From a virus (Duplodnaviria; Caudoviricetes), in the IMG/VR virus record IMGVR_UViG_3300020723_000011, positions 1 to 39,758 of that record: 39,758 nt of DNA, one strand, 5' to 3'. The notes beneath the pieces were generated by a model. It was not told where the DNA came from and made no database searches. It saw only the letters and a list, made by a program, of their open reading frames with translations. Position 1 is the first letter of the stretch, and the number at the start of each line of letters is the position of its first letter. A program made the position numbers and the translations under genes. Below are positions 1-8,835 of the stretch, one piece after another.

Positions 1-80
1 GGCCGGGGCAGGCCGGGGCAGGCCGGGGCAGGCCGGGGCAGGCCGGGGCAGGCCGGGGCAGGCCGGGGCAGGCCGGGGCT
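1..80. repeat. Tandem 10-bp repeat (GGCCGGGGCA)x7 plus one variant copy (GGCCGGGGCT)
   Basis: Read directly; the same unit occurs at the right end of the window. Confidence 0.98.
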
Positions 81-234
81 ATGTGCTAAGGGTTACTGTT
101 TCATCCGGCCCGAATCCCTCTAGCATCCCCCGTGCACAATAAGGCGTGCACGCGGCCGTATCGGTTATTTTTTGGCATAGTTCCCCGTCATAGTCAATGA
201 ACCATGCGCCCAAAGGCAATAATTTAAAAGGCAT
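79..234 (-). CDS. Small hypothetical early protein, 51 aa (MPFKLLPLGAWFIDYDGELCQKI...FGPDETVTLST)
   Basis: Hand-translated, below the ORF-track cutoff. ATG at 234 follows GGGG; the TAG stop abuts the repeat array; co-oriented with neighbours. Confidence 0.55.
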   Translation of the reverse strand: MPFKLLPLGAWFIDYDGELCQKITDTAACTPYCARGMLEGFGPDETVTLST

Positions 235-310
235 GTAATACCCCAGTAGCGGCCAAAAGCGGCCGCGCGAGCGTACCCGTTAGGATGCGCTCGCACAGTG
301 CTCTAAAGGC

Positions 311-472
311 TCAGGAGTAAATTAGGCCGTCGTCCCCGGTGTAGAGGTCAACACCTCCAAAGGGCTTGCATAGCGCCGTGAGCGCATCCCCTGCCGCACC
401 GTTGCCACGGTCCCAAAAGCCCGCCCCGTGGCCGTAAAGCTTGATGGAATAATAAAGGGGTTGGCGCTTCAT
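311..472 (-). CDS. Small phage protein, 53 aa, with GHGAGFWDR...DLYTGDDGLIY motif; possibly N-terminally truncated
   Basis: Hand-translated. ATGA overlap with the stop of 469..708; the motif resembles a recurrent uncharacterised phage early protein (from memory). Confidence 0.65.
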   Translation of the reverse strand: MKRQPLYYSIKLYGHGAGFWDRGNGAAGDALTALCKPFGGVDLYTGDDGLIYS

Positions 473-708
473 GTTGCGCTCACTTTCAAGCCGCCACGTG
501 GGCCAAGAGATAGCACCCGGTCCGGGTATTCTGCGAACTCCTCCCCTTTGGCGTCCACAAAATGTATTGACGCCTCTATTTTTTGGCCGTACCCGTCAAG
601 CTCGCGCGCCGTGGCTTCAAACTCCCCCAAGGCGTAACGGATAGAGGGGCAAAAGGTTGCATCCTCTACATAATCCCCGGCGAACAGGAGATAGCATTTT
701 TGTTGCAT
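469..708 (-). CDS. Hypothetical early protein, 79 aa
   Basis: GAGGG upstream; tightly packed between co-oriented genes. Confidence 0.7.
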   Translation of the reverse strand: MQQKCYLLFAGDYVEDATFCPSIRYALGEFEATARELDGYGQKIEASIHFVDAKGEEFAEYPDRVLSLGPRGGLKVSAT

Positions 709-711
709 GGT

Positions 712-918
712 TTAGCCCTCCAAAATAATAGAACCGTCCGCCGCGAGTGCGTGCATAACGCACAATCCAAGCTCGCGCGCGGCGTCGTAATAGTCCAAGC
801 CTGTGCGGACCTGTTGACCGTAGCGCACGGTATAGGACGGGCCGCGCGCGCTATTTGGCCGGGGCGGCACCTGTTCAAGCGAGATAGGGAAACCGGCGAT
901 AGTTGCAATAATGGTCAT
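712..918 (-). CDS. Hypothetical early protein, 68 aa (MTIIATIAGF...VRYGQQVRTGLDYYDAARELGLCVMHALA)
   Basis: Internal ATG at 918 of track ORF 712..1152. The upstream part of that ORF overlaps 986..1456 and reads as non-coding. Confidence 0.7.
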   Translation of the reverse strand: MTIIATIAGFPISLEQVPPRPNSARGPSYTVRYGQQVRTGLDYYDAARELGLCVMHALAADGSIILEG

Positions 919-1007
919 TTTGTCCACCCGTAGAAATAGAGAGCAAAAGGTAGCGCCAGAAGGGCCGCGATAATGAGGGCTTCTATCAATTGGCGGATGT
1001 AGCGCAT
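915..1007 (-). CDS. Small membrane peptide, 30 aa (MRYIRQLIEALIIAALLALPFALYFYGWTK)
   Basis: GGAGG SD upstream of ATG 1007; one hydrophobic helix; ATGA coupling to the ATG at 918. Confidence 0.65.
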   Translation of the reverse strand: MRYIRQLIEALIIAALLALPFALYFYGWTK

Positions 1008-1456
1008 AGGGCCTCCAATTGTTCAAGCTCACGGCGCAGGGTTGCGGCGCGCCGCTCCAGCATGGCCCGCGTGATTGCCACGGCGTCAAGCTCCCCGGCC
1101 ATTTTCCAGAACAATTTAACGGCCGTCGCTCCAGACTTGGGGGAGGCGTCAAGGTCCGGCCGTGCGATTACGTGGCCGTCAAGGTCAAAGAACACGGGAC
1201 GGTATACGCGGCGGGTGTTCTCATAATCAGCGGCGCAACTCTCGACAATGCCGAAAATTAGGCCGTTGTCCAAGCTCACAGCCTTAGAAATGCGGGACTT
1301 ATGAAAGCGGCGGGTAGAGGCGTCCACGTAGTGAGTGCGGCCCTCTAGGTTGCGTTCGGCGCAGGTAGTGGCATCGCGCCCCCGGTCCGAGTCGTAACGG
1401 TTAAAAAGGCCTGCGCCGTGGATTGCATCGCAAAGGGTTTTTGTTGTATCGGTCAT
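986..1456 (-). CDS. Hypothetical early protein, 156 aa
   Basis: Strong AAGGAG SD; globular-looking sequence. Confidence 0.8.
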   Translation of the reverse strand: MTDTTKTLCDAIHGAGLFNRYDSDRGRDATTCAERNLEGRTHYVDASTRRFHKSRISKAVSLDNGLIFGIVESCAADYENTRRVYRPVFFDLDGHVIARPDLDASPKSGATAVKLFWKMAGELDAVAITRAMLERRAATLRRELEQLEALCATSAN

Positions 1457-1474
1457 TTTTAGGACTCCTTTAAA

Positions 1475-1684
1475 TTACAGTTCGGTTTTGTGGACTAAAG
1501 CGCCGTTGACGTTGTGAAAATTACGGAAGTCATGAAAACGCTCTATAAGTTCACACACTGCGCCGTAAGTATTCTTTGAACCGCTACGGCTAATGATTGC
1601 AAGCGTTCTTTCAATGTAGCTTTCATCATTGGTTGTCAAAGCGCGGTCATACATTTTTTGATCTTGCTTAGTGAGCTTTGCCAT
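1475..1684 (-). CDS. Hypothetical early protein, 69 aa
   Basis: GGGG SD; first gene after the promoter at 1730-1757. Confidence 0.75.
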   Translation of the reverse strand: MAKLTKQDQKMYDRALTTNDESYIERTLAIISRSGSKNTYGAVCELIERFHDFRNFHNVNGALVHKTEL

Positions 1685-1729
1685 AAATTACCCCAGGTTA
1701 GCAGCCTACACCGTGTAGACCATGGGTGA

Positions 1730-1757
1730 ATTATAAGCACACAATGCGAGCGTTCAA
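1730..1757 (-). promoter_or_regulatory. Sigma70-like early promoter TTGAAC-N16-TATAAT
   Basis: Perfect -10 and 4/6 -35 on the minus strand; intergenic; upstream of the small-gene cluster. Confidence 0.65.
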
Positions 1758-1762
1758 GCACT

Positions 1763-2161
1763 TTATTGTAAAGGGTTTGTAAAGTTAGCCAAAAGACGGC
1801 GCACGCCTTCGGACAGGTTGCCGTCACCTATATCCTTTATATCTGACGCCTGAGTCAGGGTTAACATGATCTGGTGAGGATGCACGCGTTCACCGTGTAG
1901 CAGTGGCCGCCCTTTTGGCTTCTTACCCGTAAGCAGGTAATTTTGATGCTCTGTGATGGCCGCTATGACTTGGGCATTGTCGAGCTGTATGCTTTCGTTA
2001 GGGCTTGTAAACTGTACATAATTTTGTGACAGATCATTGAAGGCTAAAGCCCCTTCGATCCCATCGTCAGTAATCACAGTTCCAATCCATGAACATGCTC
2101 GCCCAGTGCGATATGCTGACGGCATAAATTTAAAACCCTTACTGTTTAACTTTACCTGCAT
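1763..2161 (-). CDS. Hypothetical protein, 132 aa, with a putative C-terminal ribbon-helix-helix-like DNA-binding segment
   Basis: AAGGGG SD; C-terminus KGRP...HQIMLT...IGDGNLSEGVRRLL resembles RHH-type phage regulators. Confidence 0.65.
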   Translation of the reverse strand: MQVKLNSKGFKFMPSAYRTGRACSWIGTVITDDGIEGALAFNDLSQNYVQFTSPNESIQLDNAQVIAAITEHQNYLLTGKKPKGRPLLHGERVHPHQIMLTLTQASDIKDIGDGNLSEGVRRLLANFTNPLQ

Positions 2162-2930
2162 GATGCGTTCCCCTTAAGGTGAAAAATGTTAAATGAAATC
2201 AACGGGTTAGGCTTTACCTTCTAGTACCCGGAGATTGCTGTTACCCCCCTAATGCTACTATTCATTTATATACAGCGTTATACATATAATTCATTACTAG
2301 CATTACACTTATAACTATTCTAAGAAGGTATAGAAGGTAAGATAGAGAAAAGCCTTTAAAATCAACGACTTAGCGCACCTACATCCTATTTTGACCTGTG
2401 GACGACTTCGAGGTACTGCGGGTATGGTTATGCAATCCATGCATACATAGGGTGCCATTGTCGCTACACTAGCCTTTGGGCGACAATTGCCAAGCGCTCT
2501 AGCTCAGGTCATACGCGACGGGCCGCCCCGTACCCCGAATGCCCCACGCTCCAAAGGTTCGCACCTATCCATAAATATAGCGCTCCATAAATTAGGCGGC
2601 CGTGCGCCAGGTAGCGTTATGCGCGCCAGGTAGCGTAAGGGGGACGGGGGCTAGAGTGGGACGGCCGGGGTTAGCCGTGGGCCTCTACTGGTGCAAGGGG
2701 GCGCACTGCTATCTATATAGAGGGGAGGGGCGCGCCCCTAGGAGAGCCACGTGCGGCCGGGGGCTACTCGACCAAGCCAGATGGCGCGCGACAAACTCCG
2801 GGCCCACCGGGGAGGGGGCCGGACGGGGGTGATTTTAGTTGCGGCCCCCTCCCCAAACCGCGCAGTAATTTAAAGGTTCATACGCATTGCGTGCCCCATT
2901 GCAACCAATAGTCAGGCCGCTATACTGACG
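2162..2930. promoter_or_regulatory. Large divergent non-coding region (candidate origin, packaging or control region)
   Basis: No credible ORF; AT-rich block, short direct repeats, then a G-rich block; lies between divergent gene blocks. Confidence 0.5.
2899..2926 (+). promoter_or_regulatory. Sigma70-like promoter TTGCAA-N16-TATACT for the terminase/late operon
   Basis: Near-consensus hexamers just upstream of the terminase gene. Confidence 0.5.
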
Positions 2931-2952
2931 GTCATGTCACTAAAGCTATGTC

Positions 2953-4941
2953 ATGTCACTATCTAACGCCTCCATGTTGCGCACAATCTCCGAGGACCGC
3001 GCCCTCGGGGCCAACCTTCTGTTCGCGCACAAGCACAAAAATATCAGTCCCGACTTCCACATCCGCATCATGGACCTGTGGAGGTCAGCCGATGACCTTG
3101 TGGTGATCGAGGCCTTCCGGGAGGGTGCCAAAACCACTTTGTCCGAGGAATTTATGCTCATGGAGGCGGCATTTGCCAACTTCAAATATGCGCTGATCTT
3201 TGGTGAGACATACACCAAGGCCTGCCAGCGGATTGAGGCCATAAAGCACGAGGTCGCAACTAATGACCGCATCCACGGCCTGTTCGGACAACTCAAGGGT
3301 GCGGTGTGGAGCGAGAACAAAATACTGCTCAAAAATGGCGTGCTGATCGAGGCTCACGGCTGGGAGGAGGAGATACGGGGTTACAAGCACCGCGACATGC
3401 GCCCCGACCGCGCCTATCTCGATGACATTGAGAATGCCGCGATGGTCCGTGATACGCAGACTGTGGACACCAACTGGAAAAAGATTCACCTGCAACTCAT
3501 CCCCGCAATGGATAAAGAGGGCAAGGTCCGCATGACCGGCACGCCCCTCGCTGACGACTGCCTCATCCGGCGCGCCAGCAACTCCAAAAATTGGACCTCT
3601 GGCAAGTTCCCAATCTGCAACGGCGACATTGACGACCCGCAAGCCGAGAGCTTGTGGCCCGACCGCTACCCGATGGACTGGATACGCAAAAAGCGCGACC
3701 ACTTTGCGGCCGAGGGGATGCTGCGCGAGTTCAATCAGGAGTACATGCTGATCGCCACCGGTTCACAGGGCAAGCCCTTCACCGAGGAGATGCTGCGCTT
3801 CCAAGATGTGGCACCCACAAGCTACGCGCCACGCAAAGTCATACTCGACCCGGCCAGAACGGTCGAGGTCAAAAAATCCGACCAAACCGGCCACGTCACA
3901 GTCAGTCAAATGGGCACCCGTATTTTTGTGCACCAGAGCGGGGGCGAGTATTGGCAGCCCGACGAGATAGTGGCCGGGGCATTTTCCATGTCCAAGCGCC
4001 ACGACGACGCGGAGGTGGTCATTGAGAAAAACTCGCTCGACGACTGGCTGCTGCAACCCATCCGGGCCATGTCCCTGATGACCGGGCAGCACCTCGACCT
4101 CAAGGCCGTCAACGCACCGCAGGACCGGGACAAGGCTTCTTTCATAATGGGGTTGCGTCCATTTTTCATGGCCGGTGACATAATTCTCGTAGGCGGTCGC
4201 GCGGCGCACAGCCAACTTGTCTCCCAAATTCTCAACTTCCCCTCTGGCAAGCGAGACATTCTCAATGCGCTGGCCTACGTGCTGCGGGTGTTTGCGGGTG
4301 TTGCGGTGTACCCGGACTTTGGGGAGGAGAACATCGTCCAAGGCTACAGCCCCAACCGGCGCGAGCAATTGCTGCTGGGCGTCAATTCCACCGGTACCGA
4401 GACAACCGCCGTGCTCGTGTCCTGCGAGGGCCGCAACATGACCGTGCTGGCTGATTGGGTCAGCCCACTCATGCCCAACGACGCGGTGCCGGACATTGTT
4501 CAACTCATCCGCGCCGTATACCCCAACCGCCAGGTAACAGCATGGGTACCAGCCGATGTATTCGACCAAGTGGGGCGCAACCCGCTACTGGCCGCCCTCA
4601 AGTCCGCAGGCCTCAAAGCCAACCGGGGCGAGAACGCGGTCATGAGCCGGGGTGCTCTCAGCCCATCCATACGCACTGGAATGATGGGACGGCGAATGCT
4701 GCTTGTGGACGACAACGCGCGTGCCACACTCAACGCCTTTATGGGCGGGTACCACTGGCCGGTCAAATCCGGCGGTGAGCGTGGCTCTGAGCCAACCCGC
4801 AACTCAGCACGCACGCTGCTGGAAGCCTTGGAGACATTGACACTGGCGTTGTCCAAGCCCAATAATGAGTCCCTGTCCATGCGTGCGAACGCGGTAAACT
4901 CCACGGGCACGCCATTTTTGTCGGCACTACCAAAAAGGTAA
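2953..4941 (+). CDS. terL: Terminase large subunit with a C-terminal extension
   Basis: Walker A-like AFREGAKTT, Walker B YLDDIE, motif III MTGTP, FNQEY, nuclease ILDPA...SDQTG and KRDILNA; upstream of the portal. Confidence 0.92.
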   Translation: MSLSNASMLRTISEDRALGANLLFAHKHKNISPDFHIRIMDLWRSADDLVVIEAFREGAKTTLSEEFMLMEAAFANFKYALIFGETYTKACQRIEAIKHEVATNDRIHGLFGQLKGAVWSENKILLKNGVLIEAHGWEEEIRGYKHRDMRPDRAYLDDIENAAMVRDTQTVDTNWKKIHLQLIPAMDKEGKVRMTGTPLADDCLIRRASNSKNWTSGKFPICNGDIDDPQAESLWPDRYPMDWIRKKRDHFAAEGMLREFNQEYMLIATGSQGKPFTEEMLRFQDVAPTSYAPRKVILDPARTVEVKKSDQTGHVTVSQMGTRIFVHQSGGEYWQPDEIVAGAFSMSKRHDDAEVVIEKNSLDDWLLQPIRAMSLMTGQHLDLKAVNAPQDRDKASFIMGLRPFFMAGDIILVGGRAAHSQLVSQILNFPSGKRDILNALAYVLRVFAGVAVYPDFGEENIVQGYSPNRREQLLLGVNSTGTETTAVLVSCEGRNMTVLADWVSPLMPNDAVPDIVQLIRAVYPNRQVTAWVPADVFDQVGRNPLLAALKSAGLKANRGENAVMSRGALSPSIRTGMMGRRMLLVDDNARATLNAFMGGYHWPVKSGGERGSEPTRNSARTLLEALETLTLALSKPNNESLSMRANAVNSTGTPFLSALPKR

Positions 4942-4945
4942 TCTA

Positions 4946-5719
4946 ATGGGTAGCGGTTACTCGCGGTCAATCTCCTCTGAGCCCGTTCAAATGAACATTG
5001 ACCGGGCCGCTACGCTTGGGAGAGTTGGCGGCCACAGTCGCATAACCGCCACCGGCCGCATCACGACCGCAGCGGTAGGCAACGATGTGTGGGAAGGCTC
5101 CCAGCCGTATCCGTTCCAATTCAGCGCCAGCAAGTTGGAGGCTTTGTCGGCCTCGGCCAATGACGCAGCCGGTGGTACCGGGGTTCAGATCATCAACATC
5201 AATGGTCTTGACGGCAACTGGAACCAGATCACCGAGCAAGTCATCATGAACGGCGTAACGCCAGTTCAGACCGTGCAGAGCTTCATGCGAGTAAATTCCT
5301 GCAATATTGCAGCGGCAGGCTCGGGCAACGTCAACGCTGGTGCCATAACCGTCCGCCTGACTGGCGCAGGTGTTACGCAGGCCATTATGAATGCCGGGTA
5401 CGGCTGGGCGAAGCAGACGATTTACACCGTACCGGCCGGGTATTCCCTTCTGGTCACCGACTTGTTGCTCCAATGCACGGGGGTGGGAAATAATACGGAT
5501 GTGAGCTTTGGGTTTACTCGTATTGGCCCAACAGGTATCATCCAGATCACAAACGAGTACAACGCAACGCCTGCCAGTCCATTGCAGCGAGTCGTGACAA
5601 TCGGTGTTCTCATTGCAGAGAAAACCGCATTAAGCACACGCATACTTGCTGTGACCGGCACAGTCGGTGCGTATTCGTCGTTTGAAGGCATATTGATCGA
5701 CAACACTCAACTCAAATGA
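4946..5719 (+). CDS. Hypothetical, probably virion-associated beta-rich protein, 257 aa
   Basis: Gly/Ala/Thr-rich beta-strand pattern; between terminase and portal. Confidence 0.7.
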   Translation: MGSGYSRSISSEPVQMNIDRAATLGRVGGHSRITATGRITTAAVGNDVWEGSQPYPFQFSASKLEALSASANDAAGGTGVQIININGLDGNWNQITEQVIMNGVTPVQTVQSFMRVNSCNIAAAGSGNVNAGAITVRLTGAGVTQAIMNAGYGWAKQTIYTVPAGYSLLVTDLLLQCTGVGNNTDVSFGFTRIGPTGIIQITNEYNATPASPLQRVVTIGVLIAEKTALSTRILAVTGTVGAYSSFEGILIDNTQLK

Positions 5720-5728
5720 GGTAACGCC

Positions 5729-5854
5729 ATGCTCCCAAAGAACCAGCCCCGCCCAAAAGCTCCCACCAAAGAGGGCAGCAAAAAGCAAACCGCGCCGGTC
5801 ACCAAGCCGCGCGAGCGCACCAGTGGCAACGCGATGATGCGCAAAAAAGGTTAA
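5729..5854 (+). CDS. Small basic protein, 41 aa (MLPKNQPRPKAPTKEGSKKQ...MMRKKG)
   Basis: GAGGT SD; fills the gap and stops 3 nt before the portal ATG. Confidence 0.65.
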   Translation: MLPKNQPRPKAPTKEGSKKQTAPVTKPRERTSGNAMMRKKG

Positions 5855-5857
5855 GTC

Positions 5858-7978
5858 ATGGCAAAAAAGCCCAAGACCGAGGCGGACAAACCCAAGGCCG
5901 ACAAGCTGGAAAATTGGGCGAGCAAACCTGACTCCGACATTTATGTGAAGTGTGAGGACATGTACCCCACACTTCTCAAGGGGTACCAAAATCGGGAGGA
6001 GGCAGATGAGGCCATCGAAGAATACTGGAGCATCTTCAACGCCTCGCCTGACGACAACCAAATCTACGTTGGCAACTCCAAGTGCTACCTACCGGTGGTA
6101 CGAGATGCTATTGTGGCTCGTTCAAAACGGGCACTAAAACAGCTATTTCCCTCCAAGTACAAGCACGTCGAAGCCGTTGGAAGTGACGGGCAAAACCCAC
6201 AGCCCCAACTCGCCCTCCTAGAGCACTACATCCGCAAGACCAAACTGCGGTCCATCGTGCGCTCCGTGCTCATGGCCGGTGACGTGACCGGTCAGTGGAA
6301 CGTGTATGTTGACTGGCAAAAGACCTCGCGCAATGTGTCCAACATGGTCAAGCGCAACCCCATCGTCGCAGACGTTGAGGGTGCCGAGCTTGAGATTGAG
6401 GACGTGACCGAGGAAGTCGATGAGATGGAGGACGAGGAGGTCATCGAGGAAGGCCCGGACGTGGTGGACTTTGCCACCGAGGACTTCATTGTGGTGCCGC
6501 CCACCTGCACCAACCTCGACAAAGCCGACATTTCCTGCCTCAAGTTGCGCATGTCCAAAGACCAGATCAAGGGTCTCATTGACGATGGCATCTTTGTGCT
6601 CGATGAGGAGTCCGACATTGGTGCGTGGGTCGCTGACCGCAAGGGCAAGGAAAAAGTCGTGCCCGACAAAAAGCGCACGTCCGACGCTGGCATCAAGACC
6701 GAGGGCACGCTAAAGTACGCCCTCATCTATTGGGCTCAGGCCTACATGAAGCCTGACAAAGACAAGCCCAAGTGCCTGATGGACATTTACTTTGCCGGTG
6801 ACAAAGACATTATCGGCATCGTCAAGGCACCCGCTTGGGGCCAAAAACGCAGTGTCATTTCCGCACCGGTTGACCGCGTGGCCGGGAGCTTCAACGGCAT
6901 CTCCAAGATCGAGGGCGTCAAGCGCCTCCAGTGGAATTTGAACGACTTTTGGAACATGGGGCAAGACTCGGCCATGTACTCCCTGCTACCGGTGGTGATG
7001 ACCGACCCGGAAAAAAACCCCAACTACGCCATGATGGTGTTTGGGCTGGCCGCCGTGTGGCCCGTGGACCCAAAGAGCACGCAATTCCAGAGCTTCCCGG
7101 CCCTGTGGAAAGACGCGGCCGGGATGTGCGAGAACATCAAGCAGCAAATTCACCAGTCGCTCGACGTGAACGAGATGATGATGGGGGCCATGCCCAAAGG
7201 ACGCAAAAACAGCGCCGCGATGGGTGCCCAGCAGCAAGAGCAATCCGTGGCTGTGATCGATCACGCCGAGCGCTTTGAGGACGAGATTCTCAATCCGCTC
7301 ATGGAGCGCTTCTTTGAGTACGACGCGCAGTATCGGGACGAGGAATTGACGGTTGTGTCACAAGGTGACATTGGGATAAAGGCTTCCATGCAGAAGATAC
7401 CACGCCAGCAATGGGGTGAGCGGTATTTCTTCCAATGGACCGGCACGGCATTCACAATGAACCTTAACCGGATGCAACAGCAGATTGCATTCATGAACGT
7501 GTTGCGCGGCATTCCACCCCAGCAACTCAACGGCCGCCGCCTCGACATTACCCCCATTTTGGAGAACATGTGCGAGAACGTGTTTGGTGCCGAGTTGGCA
7601 GGGCGCGTGCTCATTGACGACCGCAACAAGTACAGCGTGCCTCCGCAGATCGAGGACGAGATGTTGCTAAACGGCATCATGGTCGAGGTGCACGAGGGTG
7701 ACGACGACGCGCAGCACATCCAGCAGCACCAGCAGTCCGGCCAGCAGTCCGGTGACCCTACCGGCCTCATCCGCACCCACATCCAGAACCACATGAAGGC
7801 GATGGAAATCAAGCGGCAGAAGGCCATGCCGCCACCTCCCCCGCAAGGCCAACCCGGCGTACCTGGCGGTGCAGGCCCCGGCGTGCCCGGAACACCTCGG
7901 CCCGGTGCGCAGCCAGCGCCCCAGCGCCCGGTCCAGCAACCACCCGGCTCCCAGCCCCAAGCTGGTCCTGTTGGCTAA
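5858..7978 (+). CDS. Portal protein (podovirus type)
   Basis: 706 aa, position after terL, helical composition, Q/P/G-rich C-terminal tail. Confidence 0.85.
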   Translation: MAKKPKTEADKPKADKLENWASKPDSDIYVKCEDMYPTLLKGYQNREEADEAIEEYWSIFNASPDDNQIYVGNSKCYLPVVRDAIVARSKRALKQLFPSKYKHVEAVGSDGQNPQPQLALLEHYIRKTKLRSIVRSVLMAGDVTGQWNVYVDWQKTSRNVSNMVKRNPIVADVEGAELEIEDVTEEVDEMEDEEVIEEGPDVVDFATEDFIVVPPTCTNLDKADISCLKLRMSKDQIKGLIDDGIFVLDEESDIGAWVADRKGKEKVVPDKKRTSDAGIKTEGTLKYALIYWAQAYMKPDKDKPKCLMDIYFAGDKDIIGIVKAPAWGQKRSVISAPVDRVAGSFNGISKIEGVKRLQWNLNDFWNMGQDSAMYSLLPVVMTDPEKNPNYAMMVFGLAAVWPVDPKSTQFQSFPALWKDAAGMCENIKQQIHQSLDVNEMMMGAMPKGRKNSAAMGAQQQEQSVAVIDHAERFEDEILNPLMERFFEYDAQYRDEELTVVSQGDIGIKASMQKIPRQQWGERYFFQWTGTAFTMNLNRMQQQIAFMNVLRGIPPQQLNGRRLDITPILENMCENVFGAELAGRVLIDDRNKYSVPPQIEDEMLLNGIMVEVHEGDDDAQHIQQHQQSGQQSGDPTGLIRTHIQNHMKAMEIKRQKAMPPPPPQGQPGVPGGAGPGVPGTPRPGAQPAPQRPVQQPPGSQPQAGPVG

Positions 7979-8035
7979 ATTTTAGAAGTGCATTACCATA
8001 TCGGGGCCTTCCCTTCAACCCTCCGGAGAAATTTC

Positions 8036-8833
8036 ATGAACCGTGCTCTCAAAATCCTTTTGTCTTTTATCAGCCCCAAAGCAATCCCATCCTCGGCCCC
8101 TGTGGTCATCGGCGCGATGCAGGACTATGCCAACTTGCAAACCACGCTCAACCAGTTGGCCGCCAATGGCGCGTCCTCGGCTGGCAACGTGCAGTACACC
8201 GCAAGTGCAGCCGCCTCCCTGACGCTGACCGCTTTGGCCGCCGCCTCCATTCTGTTGACCAACGGCGGTGCCGTGACGGTGACTTTGGACTCGGCCTACA
8301 ACATGGGGCTGCGCCTGCCTGCCCCTCTGGCAGTCGGCCAGCAATTCACCTTTGAGGTGACCACGGCTGCCGCCACCACCGTTGCCACGCCCACCCTGAG
8401 CGACACTGCTGTGACACTGGCTGGTACCACCGCCGTGCTGGCCGCCGCCAAGCGCAACTACCTCGGCCAGATCACGCAGGTGTTTTCCACACAAGGTATC
8501 GCCCTGACCGCAGGCTCGACCTTCAGCTCCCTGACGCAGGTGGGTTCGACCAACAACTACACCGTGGCGCTTGGCACCAATGCCATCGTCCCGACCGTAG
8601 GCCAGTTGATCTATTTGGGCGTGTCCGCTGGTACCCTGCCTGCTGGCTGGTACCCCATCAACAAGGTGACCTCGGCTACCTCGTTCGTGATCGCAGCCCC
8701 CGTGTCGGCCGCCGCTTGGACCGCCACTGCCGCCACCCTGAATGCCAGCAACGCGGTTGCACCGGCCACGTACTCGCCCCTGATTACCATCACCGGCATG
8801 TACTCGACCGTCACGGCCATCATGAGCGCATAA
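8036..8833 (+). CDS. Putative head decoration / minor structural protein with hydrophobic N-terminal leader
   Basis: GGAGA SD before ATG 8036 (the track start at 7988 is probably too early); very Ala/Thr-rich; in the head module. Confidence 0.75.
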   Translation: MNRALKILLSFISPKAIPSSAPVVIGAMQDYANLQTTLNQLAANGASSAGNVQYTASAAASLTLTALAAASILLTNGGAVTVTLDSAYNMGLRLPAPLAVGQQFTFEVTTAAATTVATPTLSDTAVTLAGTTAVLAAAKRNYLGQITQVFSTQGIALTAGSTFSSLTQVGSTNNYTVALGTNAIVPTVGQLIYLGVSAGTLPAGWYPINKVTSATSFVIAAPVSAAAWTATAATLNASNAVAPATYSPLITITGMYSTVTAIMSA

Positions 8834-8835
8834 TC

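Noticed and set aside
1-80. Terminal repeats as a CRISPR array or as true direct terminal repeats
   Set aside because: There are no spacers, and a pure tandem array at both ends is most simply an assembly break in a circular or permuted sequence.
2602-2832. 76-aa ORF as terminase small subunit
   Set aside because: Low-complexity Gly/Arg translation of a G-rich tract, with no SD and no TerS-like helical pattern.
7008-7022. A-run in the portal gene as a programmed frameshift
   Set aside because: The portal frame is intact (PEKNP) and no useful alternative-frame product is evident.
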